Positions 1 to 14,154 of a stretch of DNA of 64,000 nucleotides are shown here, one piece after another. Numbering within the stretch: position 1 is the stretch's first letter; the number at the start of each line of letters is the position of its first letter. The notes below the pieces were generated by a model. It saw only the letters and a program-made list of their open reading frames with translations, had not been told where the DNA came from and did not search any database. The stretch comes from Perkinsus chesapeaki ATCC PRA-425 (Eukaryota; Protista; Perkinsozoa): assembly GCA_013115145.1 (NCBI GenBank), contig JAAPAO010000096.1, positions 1 to 64,000 on the forward strand. Reading direction: 5' to 3'. A program made the translations under genes and the position numbers.

Positions 1-381
1 GGGAAGCTTTTAGAGAGGGACTGGCGCTTTTCTCTTTGGTCCAATAGTGGATTGGTCCAAAAATGGGCAAACCTGGTTTTCGTCGTTTTGGGGCGTGCGC
101 TATCTTTAAAGCGCAAAATGGAAGTAGTAATCGATTACTTTGAGCAATTGTACATTTCCAGCTGTCGAACAGCTTTGCCTGGCCTCCCTTGGGGGAACTT
201 GCTCTTGCGGGTAGCTTAAACTCCGACATAAGTCGTCTGCATTTGATTTGCTCGTAGACTTGTGGTTTGATTTCCAGTGGAACGTTCGTGAGTGTTTTGG
301 TGCATCACGTGTGTTCGTTTCTCAAGACGAGTTCCCGTGTGTTGTTGTCAATTCATTTTCATCTAAGACTGGGTCTAATTA

Positions 382-2020
382 ATGCATCAACTTATATTAG
401 TATACTACTACTCAGCCGCCTTAGCTGTATCAAATCACATTATCGACATCACAGTAATATCGCCACATTCACGGCAAGCTGTCGCCCCATAGTGCTTTTT
501 CCCAGAAAGTGGTGCCGCGTAAGACTTCAGTGCCACGGTTTGAACATCTCATCGCCCGAACAGACGGTGGCATTCCAGTTCTGAGGGTAGGCTTTCACCC
601 GTTGACTCTGGCTCACTATTGCATTTTACAAGGCCAATGGTCTGGATTATGCTACTCTTGATGACCTTTTCCTCGGGGCTCCGTCAGCTTCGTTCATTGA
701 GGTAGCAGCGCTCAGTCCTTCTAAACAGTAGACGAAGGCGTTTTCAGCCGATAGTGAGTTTCCTCACGGACGGCCGCTCCGTGCGGTTTTCTCGGAAGGA
801 AGGCTTACTGTCGATATCGGAGCTAATTTGCCGTGTAAGTGACATAAAGCAGTACAAGAAGCAGATGGCTGATGATGTTGCATATATCTTTCTGGAACAC
901 TGGACGTAGCATCGAACAACTTACTAGTTCAGCCGCATCCAACTGTTAGGAGTTTCCCGTTGAAGTTCCCTCATTGGAAAAGACACTCGATGAAGAAAGG
1001 ATACGCGATAGAATTAGCAGACGATGATCAGACGGCAGCGCTGAAACTACTTTATATTGGCCTGCTGGGGGAAAGAGCAACCTCCGGTGGATGGCCGGAA
1101 TTTACTGACGTGAAGCGAGCTAGATACGAGAAAGAGATGACGATCGACGAACGTGTTGCTACTCGTGGAACCATTGAAGCTTTCATTGTAGAAAGGCTAT
1201 GTATAGCAGTGGAGGAGGCACAAGTAAGCAAGTTAGGATGAGCTTGGTCATTATCGAGCTCCAGCATACTACAAAGATGGTGATGCTTCGGCAGTTCATC
1301 AAGGATGAAGGTTTTGCGATGAACGCAACTGTTGTGGTAAGTTGAGGATGAGGAACAGATAGACGACACTCTTAAAAGGATTCATGCGCGTGGCAAGCCG
1401 GGAATCTTGGGAAAGCTGGGAATTTATCATAATTTGTTTTTCGACAATCGAAGGCGAGCATAGACTTTATGAAGCACTGGTTTCAGGCGGCACCTCCATT
1501 GAGCCAGAAATACGAAAGAAATCTGAAAGTAGCTGCTCACTAGGAAGGGACAAGTGTTGAGCGGCCTCGGCCTCCTTAGGTCTTTGTATTGTCGCCTAAC
1601 TCACTTTTCAAGCATCGCTTCAAGATGGAAGGATTGGTCGCCAACCGTGGGTCAGCCGAGAAACACAGTGTGACATTTGGTCTTGATAAAAGCAATAGAC
1701 TATTGCTCACTGCTTACGATTGCGGCGGGGAGGATAAAGGTCACGCAATATTACCGTAATTGAAATTGATGAAAGTCGTGTTCTCTTGAGCAGTTCTCGT
1801 TAGGAACATTCCAATAAGCGCATCTCCCGAGCACAGTGAGATGTGGGTTGTAGAGACGGTATCATACTCCCCGCTGAAGCTGAACCCGGCGGCGGCGGCA
1901 ACAGGTGTTTTCACCTTCCTTGAATGGCTTTATTCAACCATGTCGAGTAGCGATGCAAGCTTGGATGCCGCCGATACGGTATTTGTGAGAAACCTGTGCG
2001 AAACGTTACTGAAGCGTTAA
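382..2020 (+). CDS. Array gene A: secreted protein with two copies of the unrecognised LYxGL/LC domain (spliced)
   Basis: ATG382 MHQLILVYYYSAALA (signal-like). Domain A about 730-1225: SVRFSRKEGLLSISELICR, FPHW, ALKLLYIGL, AFIVERLC. Domain B about 1625-2005: SVTFGLDKSNRLLLTAYDCG, FTFLEWLYSTMS, DTVFVRNLCETLLKR*. Joining the two needs a probable GC-AG intron near 1392-1453. Confidence 0.7.
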
Positions 2021-2231
2021 TGAGGGTGTGCACCTTACAGGAGGCATGTACCAAGGATGGTGTTGTAGTTGTTGTTGTTCATCTATCTTGTCAAGATGTG
2101 TCGAGTTTTCTTACGGTTCGTCGATGCATTGTTGTGAGGTCGGGGGCGATAAAGTCCATTTTACGTTGCTACGGTTGCGCGGTAGTTATTGTGGTGTAGT
2201 GTCGTCACCTATCACGGTTATCATTGAAGCT

Positions 2232-4078
2232 ATGAGAACAGCAACTGTCGCCACTTATCTGGCTGCAATGCTCATTGGGCAGTCCACAGCTATCAAGATC
2301 CAGACTGCTAAAAAAAGAGTAACAGAACGTAAGTTTTATAACAATAATTTGCTCAGGTAGAGAAGGCGGTGCTTGAGGCAGCCTCGACAATCACTAAGAG
2401 GCCCGATATGAAGCTCAGGGTGAGACTGCCGCGGCCGAGCTGCAATTCCCTGTGGATGATTTGTCTATCAGATGGATCCGAGGGGAGTCTCAGCAATCAT
2501 GGATGAACTCAAAAATGTGAAAAATAAAGGTTGTTTCGATAATATGTACTCTTAGGACAAACGTAATGAGATATCCGATAGTAAGGGAAATGTCATCTAC
2601 ACGGACTCCCATGGCCCTGGCAACCATTTAAGCGTCGAAGGTATGCTGTATAATGGTGATGGATATGTCTACTATGAACGAAAGAGGTAGGGGCAGCAGA
2701 ATTGGTGGCAACAATTTGGTGAAATACTTATGCGATTTGCAACAACTCGGATCGGTGAGTTCGGTACAGGCTTTAACGTTTTTCATTGGTCAGTATTAAG
2801 CTTGAGAAGGAAGGAGCCTATAATAAGAGAGGAGACCGTGGTGTGAAGGGAAGCACAGCCGAGGCGGAGGTGAAAGACGCGGCCGTGGGAAGTATCTGTT
2901 CTGCGCTCGAGAAGGTAAATGAGATGATCGGTGGCGATGATGTCGGGTAGCTGTTATTATGTCAGACTGAGCCATATATTCTAGCCGAGAAAGAAGATGA
3001 TGGGACAGCTGCCGTATCCGTGAGTACTCAATCATGCAAATTGTGAAATATTAGTCGTAGTCAGAGTACGCATTAAATCGAACCTTGCCATCTTGCATTT
3101 ATCCCTGCGTGGCAGAATGACACTCTGCATGATCGCAAGTTTTGGCGGGATTAGGTGTACTTCTCCCCAGTCAGGCATATCTCCGCTATGTGGTGGTGGC
3201 ATTCCTTATTTTGCAGAGCTTATTATTGAGCCATTGCTCTTTTCAGGGCATTCCCGATAAAATAAGGAAGATACCGGAAAGGCCAGGCACTGATTGGGCC
3301 CCGGGGCCGAATTTCCTAAATGTAAGTCTGCTTGCATACACCACCATTATAGGGAGCCATGTAGCCTCACACAATTGTGTTTATCTGGAATCAAGAAGTC
3401 GGACCTCCGAAGGCGGAGATTCGACGAAAATTTTGCTAGAAAATCGCTCCCCCAGATGGAAGGAGGATTCATGTGACGGAACATCTGACGTCCCTCTACG
3501 ACTTCCTGCATTGTTGTCGCTTTCTGGGTCTGAATTCCGGAAAGGAGAGGTCTCCCGTGTTCGCTTTGCACCAGTGAGTGATCTGTTGTTGTTCCAGACG
3601 GAGTTGAGGCTAGGTGCCTATTCAAGCAGGCTGAATAGCTTTGTGAGGTCATATGATAAGAGTAGTCGGCGTAATCTATTGGCGATATTTGCCACCGTCA
3701 ATGATAAGCTAACCCTCGCCACCCTCTCGTGCGCAAACAGCACTGACGGTCTTAATTCGAGCGAGGTTGTCTTGTAAGAATCAGCTTTCGTCGACGCTTT
3801 AGTGATATTATCCCCTCAGTTACTTTCCTGGCATGTTTCCTGAGTACCCATCTCTTTCCACGTTCGATAAGTTCTCTTACAGCATGAAGAGTGGTGAAAG
3901 CGGAGATAACGTCATAAAGTGGATCTATAATGGCTTAGTCAATAGGATCACGAAGACTGACGGGAGCGCTGTGAAAGAGTTGAAGGCCAAGAGCCTTTCC
4001 GCCGATGCGCTATTCTTAACCCTTCTATGTGATGTGGTTAGTAAGTCCGATGGTATCAAGTTTAACACGAGGGCCTAA
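2232..4078 (+). CDS. Array gene B: secreted protein of the same family (spliced)
   Basis: ATG2232 MRTATVATYLAAMLIGQSTA (signal-like), then a chain of GT-AG bounded exons. Terminal domain: VSRVRFAPVSDLLLF, FPEYP, VIKWIYNGL, DALFLTLLCDVV, stop at 4078. Confidence 0.65.
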
Positions 4079-4345
4079 AGTGAAGCATAATATCGTTTTG
4101 TTTATATTCAACCAATTCATGTTGTTGTGGTTGTTGGTGTGTGTGAGCTAACATGGTCTTGTGTTGCCTATGAGGGGCCTGGATACTATCCAGGAGGCTC
4201 CTCAGACACTTCGTTAAACCACTTGTTGGGAAATGCATTCTAGCAAGTGTCATTATAAGATCGCATGCGCTGAGATCCGCGGTTGAGCAGACTAAACCCC
4301 AACTCTGAACTCCCTCGCACATCTCATAGCTGTTGCAACACTTAC

Positions 4346-6581
4346 ATGCATTTTATCATCTGCGCCTTGTCGGCAGCAGCCATCTTACTGCCTCAAGCCG
4401 AATCCTCGGTAGGAAACTCACGCACCTCTGTAGGAAACTCACGCGAGGTAAAAGCGTGCCATTCGCGATCAGTTCGGTGGAGAAATGATTGTCGTTCAGA
4501 TAGTTATGGCCAGGAGAAACGCAGAAGGTTACCAAGAACGCTTCAAGGTGTGGAATCCTTCGAATGAGAGCCCCATTGTGGGACCTATTCTTGACGTGGT
4601 TTTTGACGCAAAGGCTTTCGGTGATATGATATCCCTGATCTAGAAGCGTTCCTTTGCTCTGCAACTTAAGCTACCAATACACCAACCAGGAAATGTAAAT
4701 GTGAATAACTCCTGTACGTTACGAACTTTCATCTTGACCACAACATTTTGTGTCTTGGGCCGTAATGTGACGCAGCAAGCATCAGTTGTGCAAAACTTGG
4801 CGTTTGGGATGACGGCCTTCACTAGAACTAAGAGACTGTTGTTAGCACGTCACTGCCGTCAAGACTGACCTACCGCCTTTTAAGAACCTCTTTGGATCAA
4901 GCAGCGTATCAAATCTCAAGGTAAGGTTCCTTGCTTTGCTGCAGTTGATTTTTTCGACCAGGCGGGCAGTCTGAGTTCTGAAGAGGTGAATAAGATGTTC
5001 AAAGGGGCTCCTGACGCTTCTCTCATTTCGGTAAGGCTTTGCCAGTACATGAAGATCCAAGCTATCTATTAGTCTTCATATGTGCTGAAGAGTGAAGATG
5101 GGATGGCGAAGCTCACGGTAACTGACAAGCAACTACTCCTGGCTGAACTCGCCTGCTACAATGGGGAAAACGGAGAGACAGAGACTAGAGTCTTTCTGGA
5201 ACCAATTGAGTAGGGCTACGGCGAGAGTCAGATCCCACACATTGCGGTTAATGCTTCGTAGCACATTCCGCGTTGATTTTCCTCACTGGCAAGGCTCTCC
5301 GAAACAAGTACGAATCTCATCCGAAGGAGGTGTGTCAGCCGCCAAAAGAATGCTCTATGCCGGACTACTCGGAAGGCATACCGTTCTCAATGGTCAAATG
5401 GCGTTGCAAGAGCCTAAAGCTCGAAGGTTCATCAAAAACACCGCCTCCAATCCAGCACAGCGCAACCTGACTGCAGTATGGATCGACGAGTTTATAGTAG
5501 GAGCTCTTTGCAAGGACCTCAACCCTACATATGCTGTACGCCATTCCGTTTGTCGTGGTCATGTTTCCCAATATACTTCTAGATCAAAGCTCAGATAACA
5601 GATATCAAGAAAGTTGATGATACGCACACAATTCTGGTGGGTCGTCTGAGAAGCTTTCATGTGCCATGGGCTTTTCAGGTCCCACAAAAATTGTCAGGCT
5701 CAATATTAGATAGAGCCTATGATAGCATTCCACCACCCTCCCAGTTGAAGGTAACATCACCCGTCGGCTCATCTATCAACATGCGTTCAACTAACTCAAG
5801 CGTTAAACTCACTGGAAGCGTGTCGCCGCTTCCACCTTTGTCGTTATGCAGGCCAGGATCAGATGCATGTTTTTTAGATAACACCCGACTCTGATTCTTT
5901 TATCGTCACTGGAACATCGTCCAGAAGCGATGGCTCTGGCCCGGCGTTTGTTGCTTTCAAGGAAACTGTGCAGGAGAACGTGCTCTTCGTCAAATCCGCT
6001 AGTTGCCCAGACCTTGGAGGGATTATGTAAGTTCTTTCATTATTTACCTTTTTCCCGATCATTTCACGCAAGCCACCACATCTGGAAGTGCGATGCCGTG
6101 AACTTGTGGGGCCTTTTTTTATGGGACCTTCTCGTGGCTCCCTCGTGAATTTAACAGCTGCAGAGCTTGATATCGTATCACATTTCTGAGTGACATGGGA
6201 AAATCAATTCCTCGCGGCACTTGAAAGAAGTCTAGCGTCGTTTGCTTATTTGGATGTATGATTGAGTTGATACCCTATTCCTCGGTAACGCAAAGTCGCT
6301 ATGTACTAAGTGCGTCTATCTACTTCTTTCCTTTGCTTTTTCCCCGTAGGGAGCTACCTACGAACTTCGTCGACTTTACGTCCCTCAAGGATATGGAGAC
6401 GGCAGTGTTCAAGATGACTTCTAAGAAACAGATTCCCACGAGTATCTCCTTGCTCTATGTTGGTCTGATGCGCCGCATGGCTGCCGAAGAGAAATACACT
6501 TCTTCGCTTACTGCGAATGATATGCTGATCGATCAGTTATGCGAGTATACCAGAGCCGAATCGGAAGATACTCACTTCTAG
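4346..6581 (+). CDS. Array gene C: secreted two-domain protein (spliced)
   Basis: ATG4346 MHFIICALSAAAILLPQAES. Domain A: KLTVTDKQLLLAELACY, DFPHW, KRMLYAGLL, DEFIVGALCKDL. Domain B: ISLLYVGLM, DMLIDQLCEY, stop at 6581. Confidence 0.7.
4404..4445 (+). repeat. 21-bp tandem duplication in or next to exon 1 of gene C
   Basis: cctcggtaggaaactcacgca followed by cctctgtaggaaactcacgcg (reads SVGNSRT/SVGNSRE in frame). Confidence 0.85.
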
Positions 6582-6821
6582 ACCAATCGTCTGAGGAGTG
6601 CTCAAAGATGACTTACTTTCATGCTAGATGTTGCTGTGGAGATGATGTTGGAGAAGCTATTAGTTTTCGTGTTATCTTCTAATTCAACCAGTGCAAGTGT
6701 AATTGAAGCCATACTGTCTTCGTAGCTTCTACTGTTTGTTATGCCAACTTTTGCTACCTTCCTCTTGTGTAGACGGTACCATTACAGTGCTTTGTTCAGG
6801 AAAGTGGTTTCACCATTTTAT

Positions 6822-8454
6822 ATGCTTCCTCTTACACGTTCTCTTCTCTGTGTGCTATTCCTCATATATTTTGTCACGGCGAGTACCAGGAGTTACTCAG
6901 ATGCCAACGACGAAGATGAGATAGTAACCAGAGTCAACTTGGCTCATTCGTCATCATTTATCTCCGTAGGGTGATGACGATACTGGAATCGATGAGTTCC
7001 TGGATGAGGCTATTTCTTTACTTCCCGTCAGCGCTATAGATGAGTAATTGTATAATATGATATTCTGTTCCACTTCAGGTTGAAGTGCCGTTCACCAGCT
7101 CTCTAGTGTTCCCATCCGCACAGACAGTAAATTATAACTTCGCATCGCCATATAATCTTGTTAACTTAGGTTGGCATAGAAACGATCTTACAAGGCCTAA
7201 ACATCACCGGGGTATGTATCACTATCCTGTCGTCCAACTAAATCGATCGACTTCTTGCCAGGACAGCGGCATCATCGATAGCGGAGCGCTTTCTGTGACT
7301 TACGGGCATTGCAATTCAAAGAGTCGATGTCTATTCGAACTAAAATGTCATTCGAGGATAAGTCATTTCGAACATGACGGCGCTTCTGCCTTTTACCTCT
7401 TCCCCCGAGGAGCTCCGTAAGCGTCAAGATATACCTTTGTACTTACAATCCTAATATTCTCAGACACGTCGCCTTGGCGAGCGAAGGTGTGCCAGCAACC
7501 GAATCATGTAAAACCGAAGATGGAAAATGCATTCTCTTGAACAGACTATGTAACAATATCAGAAGTGATATCCTGGAGCTCACTAGTTCGGAGGAAAGGG
7601 CGCAAGAATCGGTACTGAACCGTTCCTATTTCGATATTGTTTTCGTGAAACATTAGAGCATCCCCTTCGTTGAGCTCCATGGCACGTTACCTTTGCATGA
7701 GGCCAGCATGACGGTACTTGCATCAGTCCAGAAAAACTCGTATATGTTAGCCTCGTAGTTCATGTCTGAGGTTGTCCCTGACGAGATAGATGATGTAGCT
7801 GAAGAAGGCAACAAGGGAGAGCGGGACCTAGTGGTAATTGAGTATCTACTGAGAAATGGTTCCTATCCGCTCCGTATTTAGGTTAGATTGGTGAGTCTAG
7901 AAGACGGCGGGCATTATTATAGAGTTAAAGGGGCCCCTAATAGTTATTTGGACTTTGATATAGGAAAAGACAACCTCCTTGCGCTCCAGCGTATGAGTTG
8001 TCCTGTAGAAGGTAAAAATAAAGGAAATAAACACAAAGATACCAAATTCGCTCCACCAGAAAAGTGAGTATCGTGCGCATGTGTGGCAAGGTAGACATCT
8101 TTCCTCAGAACCTTCCTTTGGGAGACTTCATTTTCCGACCACATTGATAAAAGAATACTCCTCAGTATCGTTTTACCGACGAAGGCCAAGCTTCCATATG
8201 TTCGAACCGCACTGACATGGCTCGCGCTAGGATTCTCGCCGGAGTCGTCGGGAGAGTCGAGCAGCGCCGAGCCTGCCGACGAGGCAACAGCATCCTACTT
8301 CATGAAGAATCAGGGCAGACTCGGCCGGGTACTCATAGACAATATATGTTCACGAAAACAACCCCAAGCGAAGCAGAAAAGCTCCCTACGCCTTCTCAAA
8401 ACCAAAACGACTGCCAAAAGATCCTCATCAAAGCAATCTTTAATCAAGTTGTAG
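6822..8454 (+). CDS. Array gene D: secreted two-domain protein (spliced)
   Basis: ATG6822 MLPLTRSLLCVLFLIYFVTAS. Domain A: LSVTYGHCNSKSRCLFELKCH, YLFPRGA, ILLNRLCNNIRSDI. The domain B exon is missed by the ORF track: ALTWLALGF, VLIDNICSRKQPQAKQKSS...KL* (TAG 8452-8454). Confidence 0.7.
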
Positions 8455-8765
8455 AATCTCTTCTATTATGCAACCGATGTCCTTAACAGCTGTAGCTGTT
8501 ACCTGCTTCAACTTCTTGTGTTGTGACATGTCTGGGATGAGGGGGAATCTAAGTAGTCGAATCTGGAGTAGAGAAGAATGATGTTAAGTATACCATTGAT
8601 GGGCTATCTAACGCGTCCTAATACATCTGGGCTATCACCTCACCGATCTGACCTCATATGAATCAACTACTTTGTACACCATGTGAGCCAAAATGTTTTC
8701 TCTAATTGGATTGACTATATTAATATTGTCCGTAATAGTTACACTTGTTCTTATCCCTGTGATAA

Positions 8766-10968
8766 ATGCGTTTTATTCTCTTCCCATCATCCCTCGCTTT
8801 GCTCACCCACAGCGCAACTCCCGCCGGAGACCAAGAGACCACCTCAGTTGATGTAAGTGATAGCAGCGAGTGAAGTGATTTCATTTCGAGTTTTTTTTTC
8901 AAGTTTGATGAGATTATCAAGGGCCTCGAGGATCAAAGCCGACAACTTGAAGATGAGGTGAGTCGTTATTCAACGCTTGCGGTTGGTTAACGATTTTTCG
9001 TAAATACCAAAGCTCTCGTCATCTCGTGTTATCTCCTTGACATCACCGAATACCTTTGAAGTTCGAGGCTCATAGGGACAGTGTATTACCCAAGCCTAGA
9101 GTCAACCGCAGATGGGATATTCCTAATAGTCAACCCGATTCCACTGGTACTCATTGCCCTGGATGAACTCATCACCCATGCACTCGTCGGAAATGACCTG
9201 TATGGGTGGTGGAGAATATGAATAAGCGCACTGCCGTGGAGTACACCACTCGTTTATACAACCTCCACCCATGGCTGATGTGGCATGGAGGAGCTGTTGG
9301 CATCTCAGATCAGCAAGCTTCCGAAGGCTTCTGAAGGAAGAAACGTCGCAAAGGTAAGTGGCTTATGATTGTACTGTGGCGATATGGTGTACCTTAGGGA
9401 TCGGATAAAACTGAAACATCTAATCTGGTTCCTCCGCCTAAGGTAAGAATGTTGCAACCATTGGAAACAGGTGAATGATTTAGCCTAAGAGAACGTACAC
9501 GACTTATACTGTGGGCGCTGCAGCCGAGGTGAGCCTTTTCATTGGAGGTATCATATTATTCCATTCCAGGGCCTGTATGATATTGATTCAGCGTCGAACC
9601 ATGCCAAATTTTCTCACCGTGACAGTGAGGGCCGCCCTATGCTTTCTGAGATTAAGTGTGCCTCACGCGTAACGTATGGTGGGTATGAAAGTGCTTCCTA
9701 CTACTTTCCCGATGGCTACCCGTAAGTATCTTAGACGTCTCATTATTCTGCTAATTTTGGTTGATCAGATTGACTGGGTTATGTGATCCTACAAAGACTT
9801 TAAATTCATGTCTCCTACCAAATGCTAGCGCGGAACTAGCTCAGATCATTTGTCCACGTATGGTCGAGTTAGTCGACGAAATTGTTGAAAAAAGAGCGGA
9901 GGAGAAGACTCCCGAGGGGCTGAATAAGACTGAAGTTAGGAAAGAAACGGTAGGCCCATTTCTAAAAAGTATTGTAGCTCTCACGACCTTTGTGCCTTTT
10001 CAGGATCATCCTTTCTTTGAGACCCACAATTTGAAAGAAATGGGCAGGGAAATAGATATCACTGTAAATTCAGCCACAAGGCTGATTAAGCCTTCAATGT
10101 TGTTGTCAGTTTATAACAAAGGAGTTGCCCAGGAATGGTGATTTCACTTTTGGAAGTACACCTCAGACAGCCCGGAACTTGACAGTGAGAATATGAAACG
10201 TTGAGCCTTGAGTACGAAGAGATTATTAGCGTCTGTTAGGTCAAGCTTGTGCGAGCAGCCGAAGAGGTGAAATACAGGGTGCAAGACTTGGCGGATAGGA
10301 GCGCCGATTTCAAAATTGATGACGGACGTCTCACACTTCGCACGCTTATATGCCCAAAGGAGGAGAAAGTGACAGCTAAAAAACCGAACAGGAGTAGATT
10401 GCAAAGCGCGATATCGAAGTTACCGAAGTTCTTACGTAAGAAGCAAGATACGACGCAGACTTCGAGCGTTGAGATGTTCGCTGATGAAACTAGGTAAGGC
10501 ATTGAATGCAGCAGGCTGGTTTAGTGATCTACTTTCAGCGCTACTTGTGTCTTCAGATCATTTCCTGCTAAGTGGCCCGACCTACCTACGCTATCTGGAG
10601 TCGACAGTGCCACCGTTACGCTCTCTCCGAGTGCTACATATGACCACGTGGTCGGCGCCTTAAAGTGGCTGCTCCTAGGAATGGTGAATCATGCCACTAC
10701 AAATACGCCTAAAGATCAAAGTACAAGCCAAGCGAAATCTCCATACGACTCCATGAAACCGAATGATATTTTCGTCCATTACCTTTGCCGTTATATGTCA
10801 AAGAAGAGGGCAACAGCTAAACTCTTGGAAAGTCCATCATCGCCCCAAGTTGTCGAGCCTACCACCCAAACAGGGACTGGAATCCCGGACCACCTGAACC
10901 GCGCCTACCAAACCTTGCATGTCAGGGGGAGGAAGAAAACGACAGACGATAGGAAGGCGAGCATATAG
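8766..10968 (+). CDS. Array gene E: secreted two-domain protein (spliced)
   Basis: ATG8766 MRFILFPSSLALLTHS. Domain A: AKFSHRDSEGRPMLSEIKCA, YYFPDGY, LAQIICPRMVE. Domain B: FKIDDGRLTLRTLICP, ALKWLLLGM, DIFVHYLCRYMSKK. Confidence 0.7.
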
Positions 10969-11185
10969 GTAGATGCCATCTGTGAAGGTGACATCATCGT
11001 TATCTCATTCTTTTATTTATTCTCCGATATTCGATTTATAAATTTATTCTTCTTTCTCATGTGTGATGTTCTCATGATGATGTTATGTGCATTTACAACG
11101 AGTCGTTGAATTTGTCAATAGCCTTCGTTTAACCATTATGGCCACTATCCACTATCATTGAGCTTTCACGTTATTCTCCATCTTA

Positions 11186-13864
11186 ATGCGTAAATACCAT
11201 ATCCTGCTACTTGTCGCTGTGTTAGCTATAGCGAAGAGCTCAACGAGCCAACGAGATGAGGAGGTGAGTTATCCCAGTCAGTGCTATTTAGTATAAGTAT
11301 CTTCCTGTGCCAGCAGAGGCCAATACCCCCGCCACGAAAGAATAAAGAGAACGATCAAGTGAGGCCCGGGCTGGGCGCGTGTAACTGACCTATTAGCATG
11401 GTCAGCTGTGTTCCGACTCTTCCTCGGTAAAGCGGCGCTGCATGATACCATACTTGAGGAAGCTAGCCTGGATTCAAATTGGCCATCGAATCATTATTCC
11501 CTCAGGCTCGGGTGGACTCTGTGCGTCATCGTCGTGATCCTCCTCCTCGCCCAAACGCCGTAAGATATTTTCCATTTGCTTTGCCGATCACTGGGTGTCT
11601 TGTTCAGACGCCGACGCGGTTGCAAGGTTCTACAGCAACTGACACTAAGGCGAGGATGCTTGGTTCGAGGAAAATACATCATCTATTTTCAGGGCTCTGG
11701 AGGACGGCACGGGGTTGAGGGGATTACTCAGCAAACTATCGCTGTATGTTGTGATGATATTGTTGTCGCTTCGATCCTCGATTGTTATTGTTTAGCAGGG
11801 AGACGTTGAAGGAAATGGAGCTGTTAGGAAAGCACCCGCCAAGGTATGTAGCTAAGTTAATATACACGTAACTAACGTGACTTAAGCTACTTGTTGTTGT
11901 TGCAGCCACCAAGATCGTTTATATCTGGACAGAGCGCCGAAAGCGGCTCCCTGAGCGGTGCGGGAAAGGTAGGTCTCATAGGCCATATAGGCGCGATGTG
12001 TGTGCATTTGTGTATCAGGAGACCACGCAAATGAAGACGATGAAGAAACGAGTGAGTTTACCGCCGATTAGAAATATCTACCTCTGAACTGTCATGCAAC
12101 CTAAGCAGAGGCCGTTCGGAGGCCGAGACGCAGCTCCTGGCCATCATTTGATGCTTTCCTAACGTTCTAGGCCCCGGCTGTCCCAGACGACCGGTACAAG
12201 GACTTCAAGTCACTGCTTGCCGAAGGGGAGACTAATATCCTCGATGTATGTGATGATCCTTAGACTAGTTTATTGGCTTGATGCTTATTTTCCTCAGAGT
12301 GCAAAAGCTATCACCACTGGAGCGGGTGATATCGGGAGCATCGCGAATGTACACATGCCATATCGCCATATCGGGATAACGCTTGTTACTCTAGGAACAC
12401 AACATGATCGTTTCTGACGAAGGAAAAATTATTTTCCAACCAAGTCATGAAGGAGAGACGTTGATGATAACAGAAATGAAATGCCCAACCAGGGATAGAT
12501 ACAAACTACCCAGTTTCCCCCACCCGGAGCACTCCTACTATATATTTCCGGAAGGCCTTTCGTGAGTCTTTCTCCACTCCAAATTTTTACCTTTATTATT
12601 CAGGAAGTTTCGACTGAGCTTTGGGATGTTTAAAAGTGCTACCAGAGATGACACTTATGAAATTAAGACGTCGTCCAGGCTGGAAGACTCCTTGAAGATA
12701 CTCTACATGGGGCTCTCATGGGATAGAGCTGTTCCGGCGAAAGCCGTCCATGCCCCCGCTCTCCGAGCTGCTCGGATCACTGATAGACTGTGCCATTTCG
12801 TACAGAGTGATGTTGAAGCACTTGTAAAGAATGATAAAGATAAAGTCGAAGGTGGAGTCAAGATGTTGAAGTCGGATGACAATGAGGTGAGCATGGTCTG
12901 TTAGTCCTCATTCGTATGCGAAGCAAAAAACGGAGATACTCGTGTTGCGCCAGCTAGACAGCTGATAGAGCTGTATTGAGCCATATCCTCTCCAGGCTAT
13001 ACCTTTCGCAGAACTGCATGGAACGGAACCTCTGAAGGATTCGCCTATTAAATTCACGGTAAGTATTCTTCCCATCAGAGCCTGTCGTGAGTTGTCTCAG
13101 TTCATATCGAGTACCGCACCAAACCTTAACTCCCCTATTATCGTCGATGATAAAGTTTTACAGCTTAATGTTAATGATTTGAAGGTAGGTCAGGGGACGG
13201 AGATCTGATTACTCTACTTATGGCTACGAGAGTTGAGGCAAACGTCTCTAGGTGAGAAACGAAATATATGCCATAGTCCGCCGGTATATTATAGTTTATG
13301 AAATCTCATTATATTACCCGTTCAGGTCACCCAAGTAGGTCGCGCATTCTACGAAGTCCAGTCTGAAGATTTCAAAGTGCGCTTTGAGGCCCATGCTAAA
13401 TATTTCCGTCTTAAGGAAATGAAATGTCCGGGCCGCTGGTACTCAGATAAACTAGACTCTCCTACCGATTTCGTCTTCAAGGAGGGGCTCAGGTAGCGCC
13501 AATCGTTCTAAATGTTATCTCGAGCATTGCTGGTATCTTCAGCGATTTTTTGGTAAAATTTCAAGGCTCCGATTTACTGGGGGAAGTCACTAAAGCCACA
13601 TTTGACTTGCCCGATGCTACGGAGGCCGAAGTGGCCCTCAAATGGCTATTGCGAGTTATCTCAGCAGAGGCCTCTTCAGTATTGGAGACCATGGAGGGAA
13701 CTAATAAATCTGAATTCTTGATGAGATCCACAACCCCAGAGGGATTCCTCATCCGCAACCTTTGTCGCCAGAAGGGCTCTTCAGAACATAAGAAGGACAC
13801 TTCCAGTCGTCCTGTTTCGAAGGTTAAAAGCGTCCTTAAGAGGGTGAAGCCGACTCCCAAGTGA
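11186..13864 (+). CDS. Array gene F: secreted two-domain protein (spliced)
   Basis: ATG11186 MRKYHILLLVAVLAIAKS. Domain A: IIFQPSHEGETLMITEMKCP, YIFPEGL, SLKILYMGL, ITDRLCHF. Domain B: VRFEAHAKYFRLKEMKCPG, FVFKEGL, ALKWLLRVI, GFLIRNLCRQK, then a basic tail. Confidence 0.7.
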
Positions 13865-13979
13865 TAATCTATGATCTGATGAAGATGTTTATCAATAGCT
13901 GGTGTTCATGTACAACGGTGTTCTGCTTCATTCTCTATTGTGTTGTTAATCACTCACTTTTTCCCTGCAAGTACATCGC

Positions 13980-14071
13980 GCATTCTACATTCTATCTAGC
14001 CCTATGATAGGGCCAGATAGAATATAGAATGCACGATAGATAGGGCCCCTATGATAGGGGCCCTATCCATC
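13980..14071. repeat. Twin near-perfect palindromes sharing the core CCCTAT-G-ATAGGG
   Basis: 13980-14032 has 26-bp arms with 2 mismatches. 14039-14067 has perfect 14-bp arms, extendable to 14035-14071 with 1 mismatch. Both have a 1-nt centre. Confidence 0.9.
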
Positions 14072-14154
14072 AACAACCCCATTCAAAATGCATGAGCCAG
14101 GTATTCAATAAACAGAAGTGCGCGGCATTGTATCATTCAGTTCTACCCACTGTT

